64,000 bases of DNA from positions 12,016 through 76,015 of the forward strand of contig JANLPG010000120.1 of assembly GCA_031367105.1 (NCBI GenBank). The letters run 5' to 3'. The DNA is from Gemmatimonadota bacterium. Its GTDB lineage: Bacteria; Gemmatimonadota; Gemmatimonadetes; Gemmatimonadales; GWC2-71-9. Below the pieces are notes generated by a model. The model did not search any database and had not been told where the DNA came from. It saw nothing but the letters and a program-made list of their open reading frames with translations. Each line of letters begins with the position of its first letter. Positions within the stretch are counted from its first letter, which is position 1. Made by a program: the position numbers and the translations under genes. Of this stretch, positions 1 to 12,268 are shown piece by piece.

Positions 1-633
1 CATCAGCGGGCGGTGGCAGCGCAGGCTGCGGGGAAGTTCGCGCCCGAGATCGTGTCGGTGGAGATCGCCGATCGGAAGGGGCCAATCAGAGTGAGCGCCG
101 ATGAATCGCCCCGCGCCGACACCACGCTCGAGACGCTCGCGAAACTCCGCCCGGTCTTCCGCAAGGACGGCACCGTGACCGCGGGCAATGCCCCCGGCCT
201 CAACGACGGCGGCGCCGGACTGGTGGTGGCTTCGCTGGCATTCGCGAAGGCCCATAACATCGCCCCGCTCGGCCGGATTACCGGATACGCCACGGGTGGT
301 GGCGAACCGAAGGACCTCTTCTTCGCGCCGATCCTTGCGGTACAGAATCTGATGCACAAGCACGGCACGACAATCAACGACTACGACCTCATCGAGGCCA
401 ACGAGGCCTTTGCCGTGCAGGCGATTGCCAACGGCCGCGCGCTCGGTTGGGACGACACACGAGTCAACGTGAACGGTGGCGCGATCGCACTGGGCCACCC
501 GATCGGTGCCTCTGGTGCGCGAGTGCTGGCGACGCTGCTCTACGCGATGAAGGACCACGGCGCTCGGACAGGACTGGCGACACTCTGTCTCGGCGGCGGG
601 AATGCGGTGGCGCTGAGCGTGGAGAGCAGCTGA
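1..633 (+). CDS. Acetyl-CoA C-acyltransferase (thiolase), 5'-truncated by window edge
   Basis: [19 protein letters not shown] and C-terminal LCLGGG thiolase motifs; frame is open from base 1. Confidence 0.95.
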   Translation, partial: HQRAVAAQAAGKFAPEIVSVEIADRKGPIRVSADESPRADTTLETLAKLRPVFRKDGTVTAGNAPGLNDGGAGLVVASLAFAKAHNIAPLGRITGYATGGGEPKDLFFAPILAVQNLMHKHGTTINDYDLIEANEAFAVQAIANGRALGWDDTRVNVNGGAIALGHPIGASGARVLATLLYAMKDHGARTGLATLCLGGGNAVALSVESS

Positions 634-635
634 AA

Positions 636-727
636 GGATGATGGATGATGGAGGATGGATGGTGGATGATGGGGCATCGATGGGAGCATCCATGATCCAT
701 GATCCATCATCCACCATCCACCATCCC
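636..727. repeat. Inverted pair of heptamer arrays, (GGATGAT)x5 facing (CATCATC-like)x5
   Basis: ggatgat ggatgat ggaggat ggatggt ggatgat ... catgatc catgatc catcatc caccatc caccatc; can fold into a long imperfect hairpin. Confidence 0.9.
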
Positions 728-757
728 AACACTGAACGCACTGCAAGTTGAGATCTT

Positions 758-1609
758 ATGCAAAATGTCGCAGTCGTCGGTTCTGGTACCATGGGCAACG
801 GCATCGCCCACGTCTTCGCGCAGCACGGCCACGAGGTCGCGCTGATTGATGTGAGTGAAGCGGCGCTTGCGAAAGCCCTCGCCACCATTACCGCGAACCT
901 CGAACGGCAGGTGAAGAAGGGAACACTCGCCACCGAGGCGGTTGCCGAAGTCGTCGGGCGGATCCGCACCAGCAGCGACCTCGGCGCGGCGAAGGATGCC
1001 GGGCTGGTGGTCGAGGCGGCGAGTGAGAACCCCGCGATCAAGTTCGATCTCTTCACCCGGCTCGACGCCATCTGCGGACCCGACGCCATCCTCGCGAGCA
1101 ACACCTCGTCGATCTCCATTACCGAGATCGCCTCAAGGACGAACCGCCCGGCACAAGTCATCGGGATGCACTTCATGAATCCGGTGCCGGTGATGCAGCT
1201 GGTCGAGATCATCCGGGGGCACGCGACAAGTGACGCTACCACCCGGACGGTGGTCGAACTCTCGACCGCACTTGGAAAGACCCCGGTCGAAGTCAATGAC
1301 TACCCTGGCTTCGTCAGTAATCGGGTGCTCCTGCCAATGATCAATGAGGCGATCTTCTGCGTGATGGAGGGCGTCGCCAAGCCTGAGGCGATCGACACGG
1401 TGATGAAGCTGGGTATGGCCCATCCGATGGGACCGCTGCAGCTCGCCGATTTCATCGGGCTGGATGTCTGCCTCGCGATCCTGAACGTGCTCCACGAAGG
1501 ATTGGGTGAGAGCAAGTACCGCCCCTGCCCGCTGCTGAAGAAGATGGTGGCGGCGGGCTATCTTGGCCGGAAGAGCGGCCGCGGCTTCTACGACTACGGG
1601 AAGGCCTGA
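758..1609 (+). CDS. hbd: 3-hydroxybutyryl-CoA dehydrogenase
   Basis: [11 protein letters not shown]ossmann motif, ASNTSS, GMHFMNP, GFVSNR, HPMGPL. Confidence 0.93.
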   Translation: MQNVAVVGSGTMGNGIAHVFAQHGHEVALIDVSEAALAKALATITANLERQVKKGTLATEAVAEVVGRIRTSSDLGAAKDAGLVVEAASENPAIKFDLFTRLDAICGPDAILASNTSSISITEIASRTNRPAQVIGMHFMNPVPVMQLVEIIRGHATSDATTRTVVELSTALGKTPVEVNDYPGFVSNRVLLPMINEAIFCVMEGVAKPEAIDTVMKLGMAHPMGPLQLADFIGLDVCLAILNVLHEGLGESKYRPCPLLKKMVAAGYLGRKSGRGFYDYGKA

Positions 1610-2676
1610 TGGACGTCTTCGACGAAATGAAGAAGTGGGGACACGAGCAGCTGCTGTTCTCCCACGAACCCTCCTGCGGTTATTTCGGCATCATTGCCAT
1701 CCACGATACTACGCTCGGGCCGGCGCTCGGCGGGACGCGGGTGTGGCAGTATGCCGACAACGAGGCGGCCATCAAGGACGCGTTGCGGCTGTCCCGCGGA
1801 ATGACCTACAAGTCGGCCGTGGCCGGCCTCAACCTCGGCGGCGGCAAGGCGGTCATCATTGCCGACCCGAAGCGCGCCGATCGGGAATCGCTCTTCCGCG
1901 CCCACGGCCGCTTTGTGGAAACCCTGGGCGGACGCTACATCACGGCGGAAGACGTCGGTACTTCGCCCACCGATATGGAGTTCATCAAACGCGAGACCAA
2001 GCACGTCGCCGGTCTGCTGAACCTCTCGGGCGATCCGTCGCCGGTAACCAGCTACGGCGTGTATATGGGGATGAAGGCGGCCGCGAAGTCGCGCTGGGGG
2101 AAGGATTCCCTCGCCGGCAAGACGATCGCAGTCCAGGGCTGCGGCAAGGTCGCATACTATCTGATGACGCACCTCAAGCAGGAAGGCGCCAAGCTGATCG
2201 TCACCGATATCGATCAGGAGAAGGTGAAGCGCGTCGTGGACGAGCTCGGAGCGACGGCCGTCTCTCCCGAAGCGATCTATGATGCCAAGGCAGAGATCTT
2301 CGCGCCGTGCGCCCTCGGTGGCATCATCAATGACGACACCCTCCCGCGCCTCAAGGTCGAGATCATTGCTGGTGGCGCCAACAATCAGCTCGGCGAAGAA
2401 CGGCACGGCATCGAGCTGGAGAAGCGCGGAATGCTCTATGCCCCTGACTATGTCATCAACGGCGGCGGCGTCATCAACGTGTATGGTGAGTTGCAGGGCT
2501 GGACAATGGAGCGCGCCAAGCGGAAGGCCCAGGAAATCTACGACACGATGCTCCGCGTCTTCGCCATTGCCAGCCGCGACAAGATCCCGACCTACGAGGC
2601 GGCGGATCGTCTCGCCGAGGAGCGGCTCAAGTCGGTGGCAGCGCTGAAGCAGATGTGGGTCGCCGGAGATAGATAG
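1609..2676 (+). CDS. Leucine dehydrogenase (Glu/Leu/Phe/Val dehydrogenase family)
   Basis: LGPALGGTR, GMTYK, GGGKAVI, ITAEDVGT, GGANNQL. Confidence 0.93.
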   Translation: MDVFDEMKKWGHEQLLFSHEPSCGYFGIIAIHDTTLGPALGGTRVWQYADNEAAIKDALRLSRGMTYKSAVAGLNLGGGKAVIIADPKRADRESLFRAHGRFVETLGGRYITAEDVGTSPTDMEFIKRETKHVAGLLNLSGDPSPVTSYGVYMGMKAAAKSRWGKDSLAGKTIAVQGCGKVAYYLMTHLKQEGAKLIVTDIDQEKVKRVVDELGATAVSPEAIYDAKAEIFAPCALGGIINDDTLPRLKVEIIAGGANNQLGEERHGIELEKRGMLYAPDYVINGGGVINVYGELQGWTMERAKRKAQEIYDTMLRVFAIASRDKIPTYEAADRLAEERLKSVAALKQMWVAGDR

Positions 2677-2715
2677 CGACTGGCGACTGTAGACCAGGTC
2701 CGGGCCCGTAGGGCT

Positions 2716-2837
2716 GTCATCCTGAGCGAAGCGAGCCGCAGGCGAGCGCAGTCGAAGGAGCTTCGGGCTTCCCGACTGCGGTGAACCGCGCTTCTGCGTC
2801 GGCGACACCGAGGATCCTTCACTTCGCTCAGGATGAG
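2716..2837. repeat. REP/MITE-like palindromic element, copy 1
   Basis: 15-bp terminal inverted repeat TCATCCTGAGCGAAG (2717-2731) / CTTCGCTCAGGATGA (2822-2836); related copy in opposite orientation at 6307-6427. Confidence 0.85.
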
Positions 2838-2856
2838 ACGCCTCAGGAGAACTCCG

Positions 2857-4152
2857 ATGCGACTACTCGTTGCTGCCATCTTCCTCACCACCCCTCTCGC
2901 CGCCCAGGCGCCAACCGCCCCGCCGGTCACCGCTCTGCGCGCCGCCCGGATGCTCGATGTTCGGAGCGGCGCGATGGTCTCCGACGCAGTGGTGCTGATC
3001 TCCGGCGAACGAATCATTGACGCGGGAAAGGGGCTCGCCATACCGACCGGCGCGAAGGTCATCGACCTCGGCAACGTGACGCTGCTGCCGGGCCTCATCG
3101 ACGTTCACACGCACCTGCTGCAGAACTACGACGGAAACCTGGAGGGCGACGATCCCAATATGCTCCTCACCGTGGCGGCGATGGGGACCACGCGGCGCGT
3201 GCTGCTCGGGGCGGCGATGGGTCGCGAGGACCTTGAGGCCGGCATCACGACCGTGCGCGACGTCGGCAACTCGGGGTGGGGCGGCGATGTCGCCTTGCGT
3301 GATGCGATCGATGCTGGCTGGGTTCCCGGCCCGCGGATCGTGGCATCGACGCGTGCGCTCTCGGCTGCAGGGGGGCAGTTCGGGTCCGTGGCGCCCGAAG
3401 TGCAGTCGCTGATCGCGAACGAATACGCCGTTATCAGCGGCGTCGAAGAGACGCGGCGTGCCGTGCGCCAGGCGTTCTACGACGGCGCCGACGTCATCAA
3501 GGTGATCGTCAACACCGGCCCACGCGTGGTGTCGCTCGACGAACTCAAGGTTATGGTCGACGAGGCGAAGCTGGTAGGAAAAAAGGTGGCCGCGCACGCC
3601 ATCGGCGCCCACGCCACTGCCATCGCCGCACAGGCTGGTGTTGCCTCGATTGAGCACGCCTACACTATTCCCGACAGCGTGCTGCAGATGATGAAGGCGA
3701 AGGGGATCTTCCTGGTCCCCACCGATTACATGCCCGAGTTCTACCTCGGCGTCGGCCAACCGGCTGCGACTCCCGCAGCGGCGAAGCAGCGCGAGGCGGG
3801 GGTCAATGGGTTCACCCGGGGAAGCCGCGAACGCCTTTGCCGAGCCATCGCGCAGGGCGTGCGCGTCGCCTTCGGCTCCGATGAGTACTACCAGCTGCCG
3901 GGACTCACGCGCGGCCAGGCCACACTGCGCTCGCTGCGGGCCTACTCCGACGCCGGTATGACTCCCATCCAGGTGATTCGCGCTGCCACGACCGAAGCCG
4001 CCGAGCTGCTTGGTTGGGCCGGCCGCGTCGGTGCCATCGAGAAGCTCAAGTGGGCGGATATCATTGCCGTGCCCGGGAATCCGCTGGAGGATATCCGGGT
4101 GCTGGAGCAGGTGAGCTTTGTGATGAAAGGCGGAAAGGTCGTCCGCCAATAG
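2857..4152 (+). CDS. Secreted metal-dependent amidohydrolase (Xaa-Pro dipeptidase-like)
   Basis: Signal peptide, PGLIDVHTH, DVIK, AAHA, SIEH, FGSD; AGGAG RBS before ATG 2857. Confidence 0.88.
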   Translation: MRLLVAAIFLTTPLAAQAPTAPPVTALRAARMLDVRSGAMVSDAVVLISGERIIDAGKGLAIPTGAKVIDLGNVTLLPGLIDVHTHLLQNYDGNLEGDDPNMLLTVAAMGTTRRVLLGAAMGREDLEAGITTVRDVGNSGWGGDVALRDAIDAGWVPGPRIVASTRALSAAGGQFGSVAPEVQSLIANEYAVISGVEETRRAVRQAFYDGADVIKVIVNTGPRVVSLDELKVMVDEAKLVGKKVAAHAIGAHATAIAAQAGVASIEHAYTIPDSVLQMMKAKGIFLVPTDYMPEFYLGVGQPAATPAAAKQREAGVNGFTRGSRERLCRAIAQGVRVAFGSDEYYQLPGLTRGQATLRSLRAYSDAGMTPIQVIRAATTEAAELLGWAGRVGAIEKLKWADIIAVPGNPLEDIRVLEQVSFVMKGGKVVRQ

Positions 4153-4173
4153 CCCCCCTGTTTATCTTCCCGT

Positions 4174-4614
4174 ATGCCAGAAAAGATCCCCATCGGAGCC
4201 GATCACGCCGGTTTCGAAATGAAGGAAATGCTCGCGGACGAGCTCCGCACCCTCGGCTACGACGTCGAGGATGTCGGGACGTACTCCACCGAGTCGACTG
4301 ACTACGCCGACTTCGCCCATCCGGTGGCGCGGGAGATCGAGAGTGGCGAGGCCAAGCGCGGGATCCTGCTCTGCGGTACCGGGCTGGGGATGTCGTACGC
4401 TGCCAACCGGCACCACGGAGTCCGCGCGGCGGTGGTATGGAACGCCGAAGTGGCGAAGCTCTCCCGACAACACAACGATTCCAATATTCTGGTGCTGCCG
4501 TCGCGCTGCCTCGACGAGGGCACGGCCCGCGAAATTCTGCGGGTCTGGCTGGCGACGCCATTCGATGGCGGACGCCACCTCCGACGCATCGAAAAAATCG
4601 AGGATGAGGAATGA
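4174..4614 (+). CDS. rpiB: Ribose-5-phosphate isomerase B
   Basis: [28 protein letters not shown]. Confidence 0.95.
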   Translation: MPEKIPIGADHAGFEMKEMLADELRTLGYDVEDVGTYSTESTDYADFAHPVAREIESGEAKRGILLCGTGLGMSYAANRHHGVRAAVVWNAEVAKLSRQHNDSNILVLPSRCLDEGTAREILRVWLATPFDGGRHLRRIEKIEDEE

Positions 4615-5876
4615 CCTTGCACCACGATGCACCCCTCGCCCAGGCCGACGCCGGAATTGCTGCTCTCGTCCACGAGGAGCTGGTCCGCCAGCAGAACGGC
4701 CTCGAGCTGATCGCCAGCGAGAATTTCACATCGCGTGCGGTCCTCGAGGCGATGGGGTCGTGCCTCACCAACAAGTACGCCGAGGGCTATCCGGGGAAGC
4801 GGTACTACGGCGGCTGCGAGGTGGTGGACAAGGTAGAGCAGATTGCGATTGATCGTGCGAAGCAGATTTTCGGTGCCGATCACGCGAATGTGCAGCCCCA
4901 CTCGGGGGCACAGGCCAACTTCGAAGCGTATATGGCCCTCATCCCGCCAGGTGAGAAGATCCTGGGGATGTCGCTGCCCCACGGGGGGCATCTCTCCCAC
5001 GGCTCCTCGGTGAATCACACTGGCCAGGTGTGGAAGGCGGTGCACTACGGCGTCCGCTCCGATAGCGGCCGGATCGACTACGACGTCGTGCGCGAGATCG
5101 CGAAGCGCGAGCGCCCGAGGGTGATCATCTGCGGCGGATCGGCCTATGCACGGATCATTGATTTCCCCGCATTCCGCAGCATCGCCGACGAGGTTGGTGC
5201 CTTCCTGGTGGTCGATATGGCCCATTTCGCCGGGCTAGTGGCTGGTGGCGTGCATCCGAATCCGCTACCGCACGCCCATATCGTTACCAGTACGACGCAC
5301 AAGACGCTGCGGGGTCCGCGTGGCGGCCTGATTCTCTGTCACGCTGAGCACGCCAAGGCAGTCGACAAGTCGGTCTTTCCGGGCGGGCAGGGTGGGCCGC
5401 TCGAGCACGTGATTGCCGGCAAGGCTGTGGCGTTCGGCGAGGCGCTGACCGATGATTTCAAGCGCTATGCCCAGCAGGTGATCGACAACGCAAAGGTGCT
5501 GGCTGAAGCGATGATCGAGCGCGGCTTTGCGGTCATCTCCGGTGGGACCGATACCCACCTGATGCTGGTCGACCTGCGCCCCAAGGAGCTGACGGGGAAG
5601 GAGGCCGAGAAGTTGCTCGGCTTCGCCGGGATCACCGTGAACAAGAATACCATTCCCGACGATCCGCAGTCGCCGTTCGTCACCAGCGGCATTCGCATCG
5701 GCACGCCGGCGATCACGACGCGCGGAATGGCGCAGTCCGAGATGGTGCGAGTCGCCGAGTTGATCGACCGGGCACTCACCGGCAGGGATGAGGTGACACT
5801 CGCACGGGTGAAACACGACGTCGAGGAGCTCGCGGGGAAGTTCCCGCTCTACGCCGCGGGCGTGGTGGCGGGCTGA
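4611..5876 (+). CDS. glyA: Serine hydroxymethyltransferase
   Basis: [38 protein letters not shown]-lysine motif. Confidence 0.98.
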   Translation: MTLHHDAPLAQADAGIAALVHEELVRQQNGLELIASENFTSRAVLEAMGSCLTNKYAEGYPGKRYYGGCEVVDKVEQIAIDRAKQIFGADHANVQPHSGAQANFEAYMALIPPGEKILGMSLPHGGHLSHGSSVNHTGQVWKAVHYGVRSDSGRIDYDVVREIAKRERPRVIICGGSAYARIIDFPAFRSIADEVGAFLVVDMAHFAGLVAGGVHPNPLPHAHIVTSTTHKTLRGPRGGLILCHAEHAKAVDKSVFPGGQGGPLEHVIAGKAVAFGEALTDDFKRYAQQVIDNAKVLAEAMIERGFAVISGGTDTHLMLVDLRPKELTGKEAEKLLGFAGITVNKNTIPDDPQSPFVTSGIRIGTPAITTRGMAQSEMVRVAELIDRALTGRDEVTLARVKHDVEELAGKFPLYAAGVVAG

Positions 5877-5882
5877 GGCGAA

Positions 5883-6275
5883 ATGCAGGAGCTCCAGTTT
5901 GCCGACGGGGTGCTCGCCCGGATTCGTGCCAGCGCTGGGTCGCGCTACGATGAACGTGCCTACCTCTTCGTCCTTTCGGCCATCGAGTTCCTGCAGCTCA
6001 CGCTCGATGTGCGTCGGCACGTCACTGGCGTCGAGCTGGCGTGGGGCTGCCGCGACCTGGCACTCGAACGGTTCGGACTCCTCTCGCGTACCGTGCTCGA
6101 CTGCTGGGGCATCACCTGCACCGCCGACTTCGGGCGCATTGTCTACACCCTGGTGGAGATCGGGCTGCTGTCGACGCAGCCGGGAGACCGTGAGGAGGAT
6201 TTCCACGGGATCTATGATTTCGCCGAGGCGATGGACGGGGTGTACGCCATCAAGTCGTTTCCTGCCGGCGAGTAG
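5883..6275 (+). CDS. Conserved hypothetical protein (Minf_1886-like family)
   Basis: AYLFVL...RRHVTGVEL...FG.L...VL..WGI..T.DFG.IVY.LVE.G pattern recalled for this family. Confidence 0.7.
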   Translation: MQELQFADGVLARIRASAGSRYDERAYLFVLSAIEFLQLTLDVRRHVTGVELAWGCRDLALERFGLLSRTVLDCWGITCTADFGRIVYTLVEIGLLSTQPGDREEDFHGIYDFAEAMDGVYAIKSFPAGE

Positions 6276-6306
6276 GAGTTGCTGGCGCCGCGCCTTGCGC
6301 GGTTTG

Positions 6307-6427
6307 GCATCCTGAGGGGAGCGAAGGATCCTCGGAATCGCCCACGAGTGAGGTCAGGTTGAACGCGACCGGGAGCCCGAAGATCCTTCGACTGCGCTCG
6401 CCTGCGGCTCGCTGTGCTCAGGATGAC
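6307..6427. repeat. REP/MITE-like palindromic element, copy 2 (inverted relative to copy 1)
   Basis: Reverse complement of 6370-6427 (gtcatcctgagcacagcgagccgcaggcgagcgcagtcgaaggatcttcgggctcccg) nearly matches 2716-2774; the other arm also matches. Confidence 0.85.
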
Positions 6428-6453
6428 CTCCTCCGGGATCGCCCATCGCCCAT

Positions 6454-6488
6454 CCATCATCCATCATCCATCATCCATCATCCATCAT
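6454..6488. repeat. Perfect tandem heptamer (CCATCAT)x5
   Basis: Read directly; same unit as 636-727. Confidence 0.92.
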
Positions 6489-6506
6489 CCCAACTAGATT
6501 TCTGGG

Positions 6507-8057
6507 ATGCATTTGACCCCCGTCCTGACCCCCCTCCAAGCCGCCGAATGGGACGCGCGCGCCGAGGCGGGGGGACGCCCACTGGCATCGCTGATGGAGA
6601 GTGCGGGGCGGGCGGTCGCGCAGATCGTGCTCGAGCGCTTTGCGCGCGCCGCCGGGCAGGGCGTGCTGGTGGCGTGTGGCAGCGGGAACAACGGCGGTGA
6701 CGGCTGGGTGGCCGCGCGCGCCCTTCACGCCCTCGGAGTTCCGGTCTGGGTCACCGAGGCGAATGAGTCGCACCCGGGGCTCCCTGCTGTGGTGCGTGAG
6801 GTCGCGCTCGCCGACGGTGTGCGCACCGTGCCACACGACGGCCCTTGGCCAGCGGTCGGGCTGCTGATCGATGCGATCCTCGGCACCGGCGCGCGCGGAC
6901 CGCTGCGGGCTCCGGTCCCCGCACTGCTTGCCCGGGTGATGGATCTCGACCTTCCGGTGATCGCAATCGACGGCCCCACCGGTCTTGATCTCGAAACCGG
7001 CCTCCCGCACGGCGCACTTGATGCCACGCTCACCATCACCTTCGGCGGCATCCGACGCGGCCACCTGCTCGCGCGGGATGAGAGCGGCGAGATCCTCGTC
7101 GTCGACATCGGCCTCGGTCGCGCCGATGCCACATTGCCACGATTGGTCGATCGCGCCTGGGCGGCCGAACGGCTCACCGGGCTGGCCGCACGCAGTCACA
7201 AAGGCATCCGTGGCCGAGTGGTGATCGTGGGTGGCGACGCCACGATGACTGGCGCGGCGCGGATGGTCGCGCGGGCGGCATTTGCGACCGGGGCGGGGCT
7301 GGTGCACGTAGTTGCTCCCGAGGCGAGCCTCGTGGTATTGCGAGTGGCGGAGCCGGATGTGCAGTGCACGCCACAGGAGTTCGCATTGCCACTCGCGGTG
7401 GGGGTCGGCGAGCTGTGCCAAGGCGCCGACGTGGTGATCATCGGTCCGGGGCTGGGAAGGGAGCCCGAACGATCTGCTTTCGTGCTCGAAGTGTTGTCGC
7501 ACGCGCGCGCCGCGGTCATCGATGCCGACGCACTCGTCGCCCTGAAGCAGCAGCTTCCCGCCCTGGCTGCCCTCGCCGCGACGCGTGCGCTGGTGTGCAC
7601 GCCGCATTTCGGCGAATTCCGCACGCTGTTCGGTGAGTTTGCCGATGACCTCGAGACAGCACCGTGGGAGGCGGCGCAGAATGCCACCTATGCCAGCGGC
7701 TGCACCGTGTTGCTCAAGGGGGTTCCGACTGTGGTGGCATGCGGCGCGAACCCGATTCTCACCGTGGCCGCCGGGAATCCTGGCCTCGCGACCGGGGGCA
7801 GCGGCGATGTCCTCGCCGGAATCCTCGGGGCGCTGATGGCGCAAGGAATTGTCCTCCCCGACGCCGCGGCGATGGCGGCACAGGCCCTCGGTGAAGCCGC
7901 TGACCACGCCGCCCGCCGCACCACGGCGCGCGCGATGCGACCAATGGACGTTGTCGCCGCACTCGCGGACGTCTGGCGCGGCTGGGCGAGGCAACCACGC
8001 GAGCAGGTACCGCACGCGCCGATCCTTGGTCACCTCCTCCCACCGCGGTCGGTCTGA
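6507..8057 (+). CDS. nnr: Bifunctional NAD(P)H-hydrate epimerase/dehydratase
   Basis: LMESAG, GSGNNGGDG, DAILGTG, SHKG..G, GPGLG, DADAL, TPHFGEF, LATGGSGDVLAG. Confidence 0.93.
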   Translation: MHLTPVLTPLQAAEWDARAEAGGRPLASLMESAGRAVAQIVLERFARAAGQGVLVACGSGNNGGDGWVAARALHALGVPVWVTEANESHPGLPAVVREVALADGVRTVPHDGPWPAVGLLIDAILGTGARGPLRAPVPALLARVMDLDLPVIAIDGPTGLDLETGLPHGALDATLTITFGGIRRGHLLARDESGEILVVDIGLGRADATLPRLVDRAWAAERLTGLAARSHKGIRGRVVIVGGDATMTGAARMVARAAFATGAGLVHVVAPEASLVVLRVAEPDVQCTPQEFALPLAVGVGELCQGADVVIIGPGLGREPERSAFVLEVLSHARAAVIDADALVALKQQLPALAALAATRALVCTPHFGEFRTLFGEFADDLETAPWEAAQNATYASGCTVLLKGVPTVVACGANPILTVAAGNPGLATGGSGDVLAGILGALMAQGIVLPDAAAMAAQALGEAADHAARRTTARAMRPMDVVAALADVWRGWARQPREQVPHAPILGHLLPPRSV

Positions 8058-9640
8058 TGCGTCGCACCTGGCTGCTCATCACGCTCCTATCCGCTGCGTG
8101 CGGGCAGGGAATGAGTGGTGGCGGCGTCGGCGTCCCGGTCCGCCCGATCCGGCCCGAGGACCGCGTCCTCCTCGGCGACTTCTCTCGCGTCAATGCAGTG
8201 GCCTCCTCCTTCGATCGCGTCTTTGTGGCATACCCCACCGCCCTCGGCATCTATCGCCCGCTCGAGCGGCGCTGGGATGTCCCGCGCTCGCCGAGCGAGC
8301 CTCGGCTGCTGGGCACGGTGTTCGCTGCCGTGATCGATGGTGTCGATCAATCGGTGTGGCTCGCCACCCCCGATGGCTGGCTTCACTATCGCCCGGAGAT
8401 CGACCAGTGGCAGCGCGGCCTCATTCCCGGGCGGGTCCAGCTCATCGCGAATGATGCCGCCGACCCCTCGCGCGGGATCTGGTTCCAGACATCGAGCGGC
8501 TGGTTTGTGCAGTCGCGATACGGTGGAGCGCCGGTGCCGGCGACTCCACCGCGCACGCTCCGCCCCGCCACCACGGTCGACGATGCGATGCGCGACTTGC
8601 CGCAGTTGCGTTCGCTCGCACCAACACTGGCACTCGGACCTCGACTGCTGCAGGGTCGGCTCACCGCCGCGGCCCCTGCGCCAGATGCCAATGGCTGGTA
8701 CATCGGCACCAGCAGTCGCGGCCTGCTCTACTTCGACAGAATGGGTGCGCAAGCGCAGTCGTTCGGACTCGGACTGCCGTCGGAGGTGGTGGGGGCGCTC
8801 GTCGCCACCAACGACGGGGTCTGGGTCGCTACCGATGCCACGCCGGCATCTGGCGCGCAGCTCACCTGGCTGAGCGGCGAGCTCACACGTTCCGAGAGGG
8901 TCGCAGGGTTGCCCACCGCCGGATTTCCGTTCGATGCCGTGCGACGGCTCTTGCTTGGCGACCACCTGCTCTGGGTCGGTAGTGATCGGGGATTGCTCCG
9001 GGTCACGCTTCCGGGTGGCGATTTCACGCGCTTCGACGAAGGGAGCGGACTCCCCGACCAGCGGGTCACGTCGCTGTCGCAGCGGCGCGGTCGCCTGGTG
9101 GTGGGCACCCTGCGCGGACTCGCCGAGGAGACCGCGGCCGGCAACATCGAGCGGCGCGCGACCAGGTACTTCGGCGCGGTGTACGCGCTCGCGAGCCGCG
9201 GTGACACCGTCTGGGTCGGCACCATCAACGGACTCGCGGCGATGCTTCCCGGTGACGACGACCTCCGGATTCCCGATGGCCTGCGCCAGCTCGGCCTCGG
9301 CAACTCCCCAGTCTACGGCGTCGGTTACGTCGCCGACACCCTCGTCGCGATGACCGCCGATCGGCTGCTCTGGCGCGATCCGCGCACCGGGGCCTGGACG
9401 CCGGGTCCGGTGCTCTCCGCCCAGGTCGGGCGGCTCACGGTGATGTATGCTGACGATGATGGCGTCTGGGTCGCCGGACTGCGCGGCGCAGCGCTGGTGC
9501 GCCCCACGCTGGGTGCGTTGCGGGTGCTGCAGGTGCCGGGTGATCTCCCCGATCACGTGACGTCGATCACCCGCTCGAGTCGCTATCTCTGGATTGGCAC
9601 GGTGCAGGGGCTGGTGCGCTACCTGCTGGAGGTGCGATGA
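8057..9640 (+). CDS. Putative lipoprotein with beta-propeller repeats
   Basis: Signal peptide ending LLSAAC; repeated (L/V)W(V/I)G(T/S)..GL blade motifs. Confidence 0.7.
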   Translation: MRRTWLLITLLSAACGQGMSGGGVGVPVRPIRPEDRVLLGDFSRVNAVASSFDRVFVAYPTALGIYRPLERRWDVPRSPSEPRLLGTVFAAVIDGVDQSVWLATPDGWLHYRPEIDQWQRGLIPGRVQLIANDAADPSRGIWFQTSSGWFVQSRYGGAPVPATPPRTLRPATTVDDAMRDLPQLRSLAPTLALGPRLLQGRLTAAAPAPDANGWYIGTSSRGLLYFDRMGAQAQSFGLGLPSEVVGALVATNDGVWVATDATPASGAQLTWLSGELTRSERVAGLPTAGFPFDAVRRLLLGDHLLWVGSDRGLLRVTLPGGDFTRFDEGSGLPDQRVTSLSQRRGRLVVGTLRGLAEETAAGNIERRATRYFGAVYALASRGDTVWVGTINGLAAMLPGDDDLRIPDGLRQLGLGNSPVYGVGYVADTLVAMTADRLLWRDPRTGAWTPGPVLSAQVGRLTVMYADDDGVWVAGLRGAALVRPTLGALRVLQVPGDLPDHVTSITRSSRYLWIGTVQGLVRYLLEVR

Positions 9641-10596
9641 CCCAGATCGCGATGGGCGGCAGCGGCGAGTTCGATCGGATCCGCGCTATTGCCGCCGCCC
9701 TCGGCGACAAATGCGGCCGGCTCGGCGACGACACGGCCGCGATTCCCGAAGGCGTCGGTACGCTGGTAGTGAGCACCGACGCGTCAATCGAGAATGTCCA
9801 CTTCCGCCGCGCCTGGCTCACGCCCCGTGAAATTGGCTGGCGGGCAGCGGCGAGCGCACTCTCCGACCTCGCAGCTGCGGCAGCAACAGCTGCTGGGATA
9901 ACTGCTGCTCTCACCGTCCCAGCCGACACCGGGGAGAGGGAGCTGGTCGACCTGATGCTCGGCGTCGGTGACGCTGCAGCGTTCGCCGGCTGCAAGGTGC
10001 TCGGCGGCGATCTCTCCAGCGGCGAGGCGCTTGCCATCACCATCACGGTCTTCGGCCACGCCGAGCGGCCGCTGTCGCGCCGAGGCGCATCGGCGGGCGA
10101 TGGGGTGTGGGTGACCGGGACGCTCGGTGGTGCGCGTGCGGCGCTGAGTGCCTGGCTCGATGGACGACAGCCGGAGGAGAGCGCTCGCGCAGCATTCGCG
10201 CATCCGCTGCCGCGGCTCGGAGTTGCTCGCTGGCTCGCGGCGAGTGGTGCCACCGCGATGATGGATATCTCCGATGGCCTCGGTGGCGACGCGCCGCATC
10301 TTGCGGCGGCCTCGGAGGCAGGACTCCGGCTCGAACTCGAGCGGATTCCGCTGCACGAGTCGGTGAGCAACGCCGCCCGATTCGTGGACGAGGATCCCGC
10401 CCTTTTTGCGGCCGTGGGTGGCGAAGACTACGAACTGCTCGTGACCCTCCCGCGCGACTTCAACCGGGCCGACGAGTGCCTGGCGGCAACGGGCGTTGCG
10501 CTCACCCGGATCGGCTCGGTGCGGCGCGATGCGGGGGTGGTGGCGACGATGATGGGGGCGCTGGTGACTGTGCCGGGGTTTCAGCATCGGTTGTAG
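9637..10596 (+). CDS. thiL: Thiamine-monophosphate kinase
   Basis: GEFDRI, GDDTA, VSTD...E.VHF, SDLAA, GGD, MDISDGL, GGEDYEL. Confidence 0.93.
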   Translation: MTQIAMGGSGEFDRIRAIAAALGDKCGRLGDDTAAIPEGVGTLVVSTDASIENVHFRRAWLTPREIGWRAAASALSDLAAAAATAAGITAALTVPADTGERELVDLMLGVGDAAAFAGCKVLGGDLSSGEALAITITVFGHAERPLSRRGASAGDGVWVTGTLGGARAALSAWLDGRQPEESARAAFAHPLPRLGVARWLAASGATAMMDISDGLGGDAPHLAAASEAGLRLELERIPLHESVSNAARFVDEDPALFAAVGGEDYELLVTLPRDFNRADECLAATGVALTRIGSVRRDAGVVATMMGALVTVPGFQHRL

Positions 10597-12257
<1,661 letters not shown>

Positions 12258-12268
12258 GGTCGCGACGC

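Noticed and set aside
636..727. CRISPR array
   Set aside because: 7-bp tandem units with no unique spacers and no cas genes
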